From a virus: a stretch of DNA of 44,591 bases. The position numbers and the translations under genes are program-made. The DNA lies in IMG/VR virus record IMGVR_UViG_3300001528_000183, positions 1-44,591 of that record, one strand, 5' to 3'. Positions 16,427 to 24,787 of the stretch are shown here, piece by piece; position 1 is the stretch's first letter; the number at the start of each line of letters is the position of its first letter. The notes beneath the pieces are model-generated. The model saw nothing but the letters and a program-made list of their open reading frames with translations. It was not told the DNA's origin and did no database searches.

Positions 16427-16495
16427 AGAGGTGAAATACAAGTGACTTCTCAAAATAAACAAATCACTTGTAAATAAAGCAAGGAGGAAACCAAT

Positions 16496-16675
16496 ATGAC
16501 CGAAGACAAATCAATTGTAAGCTTACTGTTATCAGCAAACAGCAAGAAAGAAGTAGAAGATGTGATGGACTTCACAAAGACATTAACAACAGACCAAGCC
16601 AAGGAGTTTGAAACGTTATTGCGTGGTGTAAAGATCGGATTAGATCTGGCAACAGGAGGAATTAAGACAGCATAA
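16496..16675 (+). CDS. First early gene, small hypothetical protein (59 aa, below the ORF-track cutoff)
   Basis: AAGGAGG at 16481..16487, ATG at 16496, TAA at 16673. Sequence MTEDKSIVSLLLSANSKKEVEDVMDFTKTLTTDQAKEFETLLRGVKIGLDLATGGIKTA. Confidence 0.55.
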   Translation: MTEDKSIVSLLLSANSKKEVEDVMDFTKTLTTDQAKEFETLLRGVKIGLDLATGGIKTA

Positions 16676-16687
16676 AGGAGAACAGAT

Positions 16688-17164
16688 ATGACATTGGCTC
16701 AGAAGTTTTTGCAGGCTACAGAGACGCTTGACCGTCTCTGTAAGTACGCAGACGCAGGTATCGACATTGCGATCAATGCAGGGGCATCGCCAGAGGAAAA
16801 CGAATTTGCAGTTTTTCCAGCGTCCTGCGCAATCAAATTAAACGTAGACAGAGATATAGCAGCAGAGGCAAAGGTGCAGATCCAGGAAGAAATTGTGGAA
16901 TATGCGAAGAATGCGGTAGAAGCAGAAAAGATTAAGGATATGAACAAGAATCTGATAAGCATCGGAAGAATTATGGGGCATGTTGTAGTGCTTCGCGAGC
17001 TGGGATATCAGGTAGATGTAATCCATTACACGCATGGAGACTGGCGAGTGCCATGTGAAATCCGGATCAACGGAAAAGAAATCTATCACATTAACAGCAA
17101 AGATTTTCCAAAGGCTCCGGATCCGCAAAAGCGAAAGAAGAGAAGAAAGCAAATCAGCCAATGA
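16688..17164 (+). CDS. Hypothetical early protein
   Basis: 158 aa, RBS AAAGGAG, basic C-terminal tail. No family recognised. Confidence 0.6.
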   Translation: MTLAQKFLQATETLDRLCKYADAGIDIAINAGASPEENEFAVFPASCAIKLNVDRDIAAEAKVQIQEEIVEYAKNAVEAEKIKDMNKNLISIGRIMGHVVVLRELGYQVDVIHYTHGDWRVPCEIRINGKEIYHINSKDFPKAPDPQKRKKRRKQISQ

Positions 17165-17185
17165 CAAAAGAGAGGAGGCAGAGAC

Positions 17186-18136
17186 ATGGCAACAGAATTA
17201 AAGTATGAGCTTGATAAGCTCGAAGAGGTACAGACACGATACCAGCAGATGATGGATAAGTACCGTGAACACGTTAGAGCGGATCTGTTCTTGGCAGAGG
17301 ATGAAGAAAACTACAAGAAGCTTTCTGAGGAGCTGCACGAGCAGCTGACCAAAATCAGAACGCTTGCAAGCGAGAAAACAAGCTACGATCAGTGGTTAGA
17401 CGATCAGAAGGAAGAGGCAGAGGATGAGTTTGTGCCAACAGAAGATGCGCAAGCTGAACAGGCAGAAATAAGTCAGGACAATAATAGCACAGTGGGGCTG
17501 GAATTTGTTTCGCGCCGCTTGATTTTACGCTGCGAAGGCTTAGCAGATCTGTGCAAGGAAAGACAGTGGTACACGAAAGGAACGGCTGAGCAATACGCGA
17601 AGCTGCTCCAGATCGAAGATAAGGAGAATGCAACGCTGAAAGATGCGGTTGAAGCGGCACAAGATATCCATGAGCATAGCAGCAGAGGAACGCTGGAAGA
17701 AATCATGGAAGCAGTGCTGCGTAATCTAAAAGCGTATTATATCGAGGAAACCGAAGCACCAGAGAGGTGGCCACCCGTAGCAGAACATATAAGAGAAAAT
17801 ACACCAGAGCTTGCATCACAAACAGCTGCGCTGGCAAAGATCCGCACGGAACTAGAAGGAATCAACACAAAAGAATCCATTATGATTTGTGGACTGGAAG
17901 GTATGTTTTTACATGTAATCAAGAATGCACCAGATTTGCAGAAAGCAGTAATTGAATCAGAAAGAACGGCAGTTGATTGTCTATGCTGCCTGGTACAAGC
18001 ACTTTCGCAGGAGCCTTCCAAGTTTCCAGAAGATATAACACCGTGGGGAAAATTGGCAATTCCGGATCTTTCACGAAAGTCAGTTGAGGAGATTGTAAGA
18101 AGCTATTATAGCGTACCAGAAAAGAGCTTGAGTTAG
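17186..18136 (+). CDS. Hypothetical early protein (acidic, helical)
   Basis: 316 aa, RBS GAGGAGG. No family recognised. Confidence 0.6.
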   Translation: MATELKYELDKLEEVQTRYQQMMDKYREHVRADLFLAEDEENYKKLSEELHEQLTKIRTLASEKTSYDQWLDDQKEEAEDEFVPTEDAQAEQAEISQDNNSTVGLEFVSRRLILRCEGLADLCKERQWYTKGTAEQYAKLLQIEDKENATLKDAVEAAQDIHEHSSRGTLEEIMEAVLRNLKAYYIEETEAPERWPPVAEHIRENTPELASQTAALAKIRTELEGINTKESIMICGLEGMFLHVIKNAPDLQKAVIESERTAVDCLCCLVQALSQEPSKFPEDITPWGKLAIPDLSRKSVEEIVRSYYSVPEKSLS

Positions 18137-18155
18137 GCGATCAGGAGGTGACAAC

Positions 18156-18338
18156 ATGGAAGTACATGGGACTTTTGATGCCCAGCGATTTTGGGAGGTT
18201 ATGGCAAACCTGGCATTGAAGAGAGAAGGAATCAACGTCACCGCGAAAGCAAAAAGATTGCCTGATGCGGCGGATCCAGGTCGCAAGATCTGCGTAAGCC
18301 AGACAGAACAGTTACCGGAGCAGAAGAAAGCGGTTTGA
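18156..18338 (+). CDS. Hypothetical protein
   Basis: 60 aa, RBS AGGAGGTG. Confidence 0.5.
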   Translation: MEVHGTFDAQRFWEVMANLALKREGINVTAKAKRLPDAADPGRKICVSQTEQLPEQKKAV

Positions 18339-18384
18339 TTATACCAGATAAAACATATCGGATCAGTTCAATAAAGGAGATATA

Positions 18385-18555
18385 ATGCAAGACTTTTTTG
18401 AAATAATGATAGCAGCAAGACTCTTTGGCTGGGGTATCCGAAAGGAAGACAAAGAACGAGTCCAAAAAGAGCTGAGAACAGCATCAGAAGCCAAAGTGGA
18501 GCGAATTTGTCAGCTCCTGGGCAAGTATGAAGGCGGGAGACTGGATGAGCAATGA
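18385..18555 (+). CDS. Small hypothetical protein (56 aa, below the ORF-track cutoff)
   Basis: AAAGGAG at 18372..18378, ATG at 18385, ATGA overlap with the next gene. Confidence 0.45.
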   Translation: MQDFFEIMIAARLFGWGIRKEDKERVQKELRTASEAKVERICQLLGKYEGGRLDEQ

Positions 18556-18872
18556 ATGATGAAATTTGTTTACAGTGCGGTAAAAGATTTGTTGCATTGT
18601 CGGTTAATCAAAGATACTGTTGCAAGGCTTGCGGGCAACGATACAGAGCAACGCACAAAGGGTACATACATTATCCATCAATAGTTTTTGATTGCGCCCA
18701 GTGCGGAAGGCATGTTGTAACAGAGGAAGGAAGCCGAGATATGCGGACGAGATTTTGCTGCGAAACATGCGAAAAGAAGTTTTGGCGGCATCCGCATTGG
18801 GAGAATCCAAGTAGCAGAATCAATTTCAGAAGCGTAAAAGAATACTTAGCTTATGAAAAGAGGACAACATGA
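18552..18872 (+). CDS. Zinc-ribbon protein (four CxxC pairs)
   Basis: 106 aa containing CLQCG, CCKACG, CAQCG and CCETCE. Confidence 0.6.
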   Translation: MNDEICLQCGKRFVALSVNQRYCCKACGQRYRATHKGYIHYPSIVFDCAQCGRHVVTEEGSRDMRTRFCCETCEKKFWRHPHWENPSSRINFRSVKEYLAYEKRTT

Positions 18873-19087
18873 AGAAAAGAAAGCCGTGTTTTGTATGGAT
18901 GGAAATTACAAAAGATAAATATGAGCTTCCGATACATATCGCGGACTCGGCAAAAGAGCTTGCAGAGCTTACCGGAGCAAAAAATGCAACAACGATACTA
19001 TCGGCTATATATCATGCAAATAAGCGCGGTGGCAGATGCAAATACATAAGAGTACCAATCACAGACGAAACACAGGAAGGAGAATGA
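18869..19087 (+). CDS. Hypothetical protein
   Basis: 72 aa, ATGA overlap with the upstream gene. Confidence 0.5.
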   Translation: MKKRKPCFVWMEITKDKYELPIHIADSAKELAELTGAKNATTILSAIYHANKRGGRCKYIRVPITDETQEGE

Positions 19088-19088
19088 A

Positions 19089-19388
19089 ATGATTGTAGTA
19101 AATAAGCAAAGAACATCATTGATCAACATGGATCATATCTCGTGTGTCTATATGGGGGTCGATGGCTCTCTCAAGGCGAACTACGCAGCAGGAGATGGAT
19201 GCCAGATTGCAAGATACAATACCCCAGCAGAGGGAGAGATGGCATTGGCTATGCTGATCGAATCAATCGGAAAGACGGAAGTCTTTTATTGTCCGAGTGA
19301 CGAGGCGGTGCGTGCACGTATCACTGCCAGCGGTCAGAAGTACCATCATGTAACCGGAAAGAAAACGAAAGGACATGGTGGATCGTAA
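19089..19388 (+). CDS. Hypothetical protein
   Basis: 99 aa, RBS GGAAGGAG. Confidence 0.5.
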   Translation: MIVVNKQRTSLINMDHISCVYMGVDGSLKANYAAGDGCQIARYNTPAEGEMALAMLIESIGKTEVFYCPSDEAVRARITASGQKYHHVTGKKTKGHGGS

Positions 19389-20050
19389 TGGACTACAAAA
19401 ACGAGATTGTAAAAATTATCACGTCCATGTCAGGCCGTTACTCCAGCTATGATATATTTTCTGATTGGATTAAGTGCGCGTCGTTATCAATCGTCAATTC
19501 AACTACACTGTTCACGGGGAAACTGTGGAAGGACAGAGAAAAGGCATACATGGATATAATCAGTAAGTATTCCCGAGATGAAGCGCAGCACTTCCCAGAA
19601 CTGTTCGCATTATTGAAATTGGCATTGCAGGAAGAAATGACAGATGTTCTCGGTTGGGTGTATATGGAAGCTGGTATGGGAAACAAAACGACAGGCCAGT
19701 TTTTCACACCGTTCACAGTGTCGTATGCAATGGCGCAGCTGACAGTTCCAAAAGATATCGATCCTGAGAAGGTGTATCGCTTTGCAGAACCAAGTACCGG
19801 CGGTGGAGGCATGATTATAGCAGCTGCCAAGGTACTGCAAGACAGAGGTATCAATTATCGGCGCTGCATGGATGTAGTGGCACAGGATTTGGACTGGAAA
19901 GCCGTGTATATGTCGTATCTGCAATTTAGTTTGCTTGGTATCAAAGCAACCGTAGTGCAGGGCGATTCGCTTGCAGAGCCGTACACTGGCAGAGGATATC
20001 CGCCAGAGCGTGTATTGTATACCCCGGCGAGAAAGGGGATGCTACTCTGA
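19388..20050 (+). CDS. N6-adenine DNA methyltransferase-like protein lacking a canonical catalytic motif IV
   Basis: 220 aa. GQFFTP (motif X) and FAEPSTGGGGM (motif I, SAM binding) are present. After QGDSL the expected NPPF/Y position reads GYPPE, and the ORF ends 12 aa later. Confidence 0.55.
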   Translation: MDYKNEIVKIITSMSGRYSSYDIFSDWIKCASLSIVNSTTLFTGKLWKDREKAYMDIISKYSRDEAQHFPELFALLKLALQEEMTDVLGWVYMEAGMGNKTTGQFFTPFTVSYAMAQLTVPKDIDPEKVYRFAEPSTGGGGMIIAAAKVLQDRGINYRRCMDVVAQDLDWKAVYMSYLQFSLLGIKATVVQGDSLAEPYTGRGYPPERVLYTPARKGMLL

Positions 20051-20853
20051 TGGAAGAAAAGATTGAGAAATTTATCGACTTTCTCCGGCAGGAAGAACGA
20101 TCAGAAAATACAATAGATACTTATGTACATAGCATCAAAAAGTATTTTGAGCTGTTCAACGAGATCACAAAGAAAAACATGATCGAATACAAAAAGTATA
20201 TGATAAGCAGCTACGCACCGAAAACGGCATCAAATCGGTGCATAGCAATGAACCAGTTCTGCAAATTCGTTGGAAAAACGGACTGCATGGTAAAAACAAT
20301 CAAAATTCAAAAGACATTATGCGTAGAGAATGTTCCTACGCTGGATGAATACAACAAGTTACTGAGTGTGCTTTTGGAAAATGGAGATGAAAGAAATTAC
20401 TGGTTAATCAAATACCTTGCAAAGACAGGAGCGCGAGTATCTGAGGTTATTCAGTTCGAGAAGAAACATCTTGAAAAGGGAGAAGTAGAGATTTGGACGA
20501 AAGGAAAAATACGAAAGATCTATATTCCCCAAAATCTCATTGAGGAAAGCAGAGAATACTTTTCAAGGGATCCAGAACAGAAATATCTGTTTCCAAACAA
20601 GGATGGAAAGCAATCATCAACGAGGGGAATTGCATCACGAATTCATAAAATGGAAAAATATGGATTCAGACCCGAAATGTTACATCCACATGCATTCCGA
20701 CACTTATACGCGATAGAATTTCTCAAGCGGAATGGTGACATTGCATTGCTGTCAAGCTTGATGGGGCATGAAAGCATAGACACAACAGCGATTTATTTGC
20801 GGCGATCGGCAGAGGAACAAAAGAGATCGCTTAATGAGGCCATGAACTGGTAG
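20050..20853 (+). CDS. Tyrosine recombinase (Xer/integrase family) 1
   Basis: 267 aa. TGARVSE (Arg), HAFRHLYA (HxxR), GHESIDTTAIYL (His, Tyr). TGATG overlap with the upstream gene. Confidence 0.8.
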   Translation: MEEKIEKFIDFLRQEERSENTIDTYVHSIKKYFELFNEITKKNMIEYKKYMISSYAPKTASNRCIAMNQFCKFVGKTDCMVKTIKIQKTLCVENVPTLDEYNKLLSVLLENGDERNYWLIKYLAKTGARVSEVIQFEKKHLEKGEVEIWTKGKIRKIYIPQNLIEESREYFSRDPEQKYLFPNKDGKQSSTRGIASRIHKMEKYGFRPEMLHPHAFRHLYAIEFLKRNGDIALLSSLMGHESIDTTAIYLRRSAEEQKRSLNEAMNW

Positions 20854-20878
20854 AGGTGAAAGGAGGCAACCATAAGCA

Positions 20879-21958
20879 ATGGAAGTAAAGGATGAGCGTG
20901 ATTCACTCGTAAATGAATTGTGCGTAAAACTTGCTCCAAGATATGGCAATATGCAAGAGTTAAAGAATGCGCTGTACATGATCTTAAATCCATACGAGAT
21001 CACCAGCAGAAGCACAGAAGTAGCGGTGGTTGATGAAGATCAGAATGAGGCACTGTTAAGACGCTTCCTGGTAGCAAAGAAAGTTTCTGGAAGAACTGAA
21101 AGAACATTAGAGCAGTATGAATCATCTATAAAACGCACACTTGAAATGATAGGAAAAACAGCAACAGAAATCCAAGTTGTAGATATCCGAATGTATATTG
21201 CTATTCGGATGAGCAGAGATAAAGTAGCAAATGCAACAATTACGAATGAGATTCGGTATTTAAAAAGTTTTTTCATGTGGATGCAGCAGGAAGAGATTGT
21301 AACACGAAATCCGATGTTGAAAATTGAAAAAATCAAAGAGCCAAAAACACGAAAAGAAGCATTAACGGATATGGAAGTGGAAAAGCTTAGAGGAGCAGTC
21401 CGTGATGAGAGAGAACAAGCGATTCTTGAAGTTTTGCTATCAACGGGATGTCGTGTAGCTGAACTTGTCCAAATTCTTAAATCTGATATTCAAGGTGAAC
21501 GGATTCTGATATATGGAAAGGGACGAAAAGAACGATTCGTGTATTTGAATGCGAAAGCGATGCTGGCTATTGAAAATTACTTAAAGCAGAGGAAAGATAA
21601 TAATCCATATCTTTTCCCGAAAAGCTATAATGTTGCCGATAAAGAACATAAAGCACAACATGCATCTCCGAAAGAAAAGCATATATGGTGGATATCGCCT
21701 GAGTTTGTGAAACCAGATGGAAGCATGAATAAAGGAACCGCGGAGAATATCATGCGTAGGCTTGCAGTTCGCGCGGGTGTGAAAAAGGCAAATCCGCACA
21801 AGCTGCGCCGAACATGCGCGACAATGGCACTCAGAAGAGGGATGCCGATCGAGCAGGTGTCGAAGATGTTGGGGCATGAAGAATTAACTACAACGCAGAT
21901 CTATCTCGATCTGTCAGAAGATGAGTTGGCACAGGCTCACAAGAAATATGTCATTTAG
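20879..21958 (+). CDS. Tyrosine recombinase (Xer/integrase family) 2
   Basis: 359 aa. STGCRVAEL, HKLRRTCAT, GHEELTTTQIYL, plus a SAM-like N-terminal domain. Confidence 0.8.
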   Translation: MEVKDERDSLVNELCVKLAPRYGNMQELKNALYMILNPYEITSRSTEVAVVDEDQNEALLRRFLVAKKVSGRTERTLEQYESSIKRTLEMIGKTATEIQVVDIRMYIAIRMSRDKVANATITNEIRYLKSFFMWMQQEEIVTRNPMLKIEKIKEPKTRKEALTDMEVEKLRGAVRDEREQAILEVLLSTGCRVAELVQILKSDIQGERILIYGKGRKERFVYLNAKAMLAIENYLKQRKDNNPYLFPKSYNVADKEHKAQHASPKEKHIWWISPEFVKPDGSMNKGTAENIMRRLAVRAGVKKANPHKLRRTCATMALRRGMPIEQVSKMLGHEELTTTQIYLDLSEDELAQAHKKYVI

Positions 21959-21976
21959 AAAGAGGTGAAAAGAAAT

Positions 21977-22429
21977 ATGGTTACTACCAGAGAAATCATA
22001 GAACGCTTACAGAGTTATGAGCGCACACATGGAGTTTGCGTTGTAAGCAGTATTAGCAGAGTACAGAGCGATAATCCAGCAGAAATTGACTTTACTTTTC
22101 ATGTGGCTCCACCCAAAGTAGAGAATCGCCTGACAGTAGATACACTGGTCACAGGAAAGTATCTGGAGACGTTGAAATGTCGTATCATTTCTGATGCAGT
22201 AACGATGAATGAAGCGGCAAAACAGAGTTTGCTCTATACCAATTATCTCCATAAAGGAAAGCTAACTGCACATATAGAAATTGCAGAGGAAATTGGATAC
22301 AAACTAAAGGCAGACATTCAGCAGTACGATAAGGTATACATAGTCAGAAAAATTACAATTAACGATATTCCGTTATACGAGGGCAAAGCAGAAAAGTATA
22401 TGCCAGAGCAAAAGGCAGAGGAAGAATAG
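21977..22429 (+). CDS. Hypothetical protein
   Basis: The track ORF opens at GTG 21965. The ATG at 21977 is better spaced from AAAGAGG. Confidence 0.5.
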   Translation: MVTTREIIERLQSYERTHGVCVVSSISRVQSDNPAEIDFTFHVAPPKVENRLTVDTLVTGKYLETLKCRIISDAVTMNEAAKQSLLYTNYLHKGKLTAHIEIAEEIGYKLKADIQQYDKVYIVRKITINDIPLYEGKAEKYMPEQKAEEE

Positions 22430-22444
22430 AGAAAGGAAGAGAGC

Positions 22445-23272
22445 ATGGAAAGATGGAAGCCACAGGCAGGTGATCACGTATACCATGTATGCGAGTTCAG
22501 ATTGGATTCCTACGAAATGAGGAAGAAAGATATAGAAGGATTCAAGTGCTGGGGATACGAGGTTGTAGAGTCCGTGATAGTGGATAAGTATACCTGGCGA
22601 TCTAAGGCAGGATCCGCAACAATCGGATGGGCAAGCGAGCTGATCCGCCGCGATGTCGGAAAGATCACAGACGCTAACAGGATGTTCTATTGGAAAGAAA
22701 ATGATTTTGGAACAGTTGCATTTCGCACGCTGGCTGAAGCTATTCAGCAGGCGGAAGGGCGCATAAAATTAGCGTGTGCAGCATTGCACGAAACGAGAAT
22801 TGAAGACCAGCCGATGTATCGAAATTGGCTACATTGGGAAAAGGACACATTTGAAACCGATATAGTATCAAAAGATAATAAGGAAGAAGCAACAAAAACG
22901 GAAAAAATAAAGCAGCCACTATCAGAGCAAAAGCCTAAGCAAAAACGGCCAGCCCAAAGAAAAGCAGTATTGAGCGAAGAACTGTATATACAGTGGAGAG
23001 ATGGAAGGATTTCGGCAGCTGCTGGAGCTGAGAAGCTAGGTGTTACGGATATGACTTTCTTGAAGTATGGAAAAGAGATGTTAGAACAGCGAGGAGAAAC
23101 CAGAAAAGAGATCTCACGTCCACTTCCGGAGAATTTTGAAAAGATGTATCAGAAATGGAAAGAAGGCGATATTTCAATGGCAAATGCAGCAAGAGCTTGC
23201 GGCATGTCATATTCTTCATTTCAGTTCCAGGCACGGAAACGAAAGCGAAAAGCAAAGCCTCAAGAGGCATAG
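22445..23272 (+). CDS. Hypothetical DNA-binding protein with two C-terminal resolvase-type HTH repeats
   Basis: 275 aa. WRDGRISAAAGAEKLGVTDMTFLKY and WKEGDISMANAARACGMSYSSFQF are tandem HTH-like repeats. Confidence 0.5.
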   Translation: MERWKPQAGDHVYHVCEFRLDSYEMRKKDIEGFKCWGYEVVESVIVDKYTWRSKAGSATIGWASELIRRDVGKITDANRMFYWKENDFGTVAFRTLAEAIQQAEGRIKLACAALHETRIEDQPMYRNWLHWEKDTFETDIVSKDNKEEATKTEKIKQPLSEQKPKQKRPAQRKAVLSEELYIQWRDGRISAAAGAEKLGVTDMTFLKYGKEMLEQRGETRKEISRPLPENFEKMYQKWKEGDISMANAARACGMSYSSFQFQARKRKRKAKPQEA

Positions 23273-23389
23273 AAAAACCGCCGATCGGTAACGATCAGCG
23301 GCAGTAAAAAGAAGCCTTTCCCAGAGACACCTATAGTATTCTATTTGAAAGAATAAGTCAATAGAAAAGTAGGAGGAAAGGAAGAAAAA

Positions 23390-23818
23390 ATGAACAAGAG
23401 ACAGAAAAAGAAGCTATACAAGAAGCTGCATGGCCACAATCCGCCTAAGCGCCAACCAAAGGAGGCAAGACCGAAAGAATTAAAGCAGGAAATGCCGGGA
23501 CAAGAAACCAAAGAAACAGAAGGCCTGATGAAAGCAGTAGATTATATGTGTCAGACGGCAACCAAAGCAATAGGAACTGCGTTTCATGCAATTTCAAAGT
23601 TCTTTGGGCAGCTTGGTGCCTCATTTTGCGTGGCAAGCACCGGAATGGAAGAGATCGCAAAAAGCTACTACAACGCAAATGAGCTGATCGAGCAGCCGGA
23701 TCCTGCAAGCATGGCAGTGACAACAGCAAAAGCGCTGACTGCACAGCGCGCCGCAGGAAAAAGAAAGAAAAGAATCACAACCACAACAGGGAGGAAAAGA
23801 AGAAATGGAAGAAATTAA
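23390..23818 (+). CDS. Hypothetical basic protein
   Basis: 142 aa with Lys/Arg-rich termini. RBS AGGAGGAAAGG. Confidence 0.5.
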   Translation: MNKRQKKKLYKKLHGHNPPKRQPKEARPKELKQEMPGQETKETEGLMKAVDYMCQTATKAIGTAFHAISKFFGQLGASFCVASTGMEEIAKSYYNANELIEQPDPASMAVTTAKALTAQRAAGKRKKRITTTTGRKRRNGRN

Positions 23819-24434
23819 AAATTATATCATTAGCCATGAAAACACATACAAGATGCCAATGGAAGAGTTGCAGGCAATGATCAGAAGCGGAGAAGCTGCC
23901 AAGCAGCTGCACACACATGACAAGATCGTACTCACATTCGATGGAAGAGAAGAACTGCACGAAGTTATCGCCATTGATGCAGAAAATCTTGTTGATAAGT
24001 CCTTGAAGCACAGCATTACATTACAGCCTGTCCGCCTGATCGGAGAGCCAAAGCCATTTGATGAGGATGGAAAGAATCTTTGGAGTACGAGCAGCATTCG
24101 CAAGTACCTCAACAGCGATGAGTTCATTGCGCGATATGCAGAGGATATGAAGAGATATACAGCGCTGGTTGAAAAGGAAACAGAAGGAGACGTACCAACT
24201 GTAGATAGATTTTTCTTGTTGTCGTTGGATGAAGTCGAAGGAGGTTATCCGGCATTTCAGACAGAGAAAGATCGTATCAAAGTTGACCTGGAAGGCGAGA
24301 CAGACTGGCACTTTTTGCGCAGTGCGAGTCGCGGCTATGCGTGCTATACGTGGTGCGTCTACGCGAGCGGCCATGTCCACGGCAGCAACGCGATCTACGC
24401 GATTCGCTTCGCCCCAGCTTGTGTAATCGCATAA
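23805..24434 (+). CDS. DGR target 2: stand-alone ligand-binding protein with C-terminal variable region
   Basis: 209 aa. The last ~110 nt copy TR 8417..8526, and all 12 differences are at TR adenines. It shares the W/Y..S.IR.YLNSD and D.FFL.SL.E motifs and the RFAPACVI terminus with the C-terminal half of target 1. Confidence 0.85.
   Translation: MEEIKNYIISHENTYKMPMEELQAMIRSGEAAKQLHTHDKIVLTFDGREELHEVIAIDAENLVDKSLKHSITLQPVRLIGEPKPFDEDGKNLWSTSSIRKYLNSDEFIARYAEDMKRYTALVEKETEGDVPTVDRFFLLSLDEVEGGYPAFQTEKDRIKVDLEGETDWHFLRSASRGYACYTWCVYASGHVHGSNAIYAIRFAPACVIA
24314..24423 (+). repeat. DGR variable region 2 (VR2)
   Basis: 104-nt core versus TR 8417..8520 shows 12 mismatches, all at TR adenines (8431, 8439, 8448, 8458, 8463, 8475, 8481, 8484, 8485, 8488, 8499, 8506). 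It shares the 3' boundary cttgtgtaat with VR1. Confidence 0.9.
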
Positions 24435-24446
24435 TTATGGCAATAT

Positions 24447-24468
24447 CAACCGCACACTTGCGGTTGAA
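24447..24468 (+). promoter_or_regulatory. Hairpin downstream of VR2 (9-bp stem tcaaccgca/tgcggttga, loop cact)
   Basis: Perfect inverted repeat about 19 nt after VR2 homology ends. Its apex gcaCACTtgc matches gcaCACCtgc after VR1. Confidence 0.75.
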
Positions 24469-24787
24469 TGAAACTATAAACTTAGAACAACTAGAAGGGA
24501 ACGAGAAAAGCCCTTGCATGTGTTGATGGCACAAGATGCAAGGGCTTTCTGCAAGCAAAAGGTTCGATCACGAACCAAATACATTATAGCATGGTCCAAA
24601 AAGGAGTGCAAGTACAACGAGATAGAAAGTCTAAAAAGATGGCGGAAGTATCCGCTTAACGGGCTTGTATTGGGTATTAACATTCCTACGATAGAAAGAA
24701 AATACGGTGTTATAGTGTGCGAGTGACTGAATGCCAGGTGGCAGCAGCTGCCTTCCGTTACCTTCTCAGGGAAAGGGAGGATAGCTA

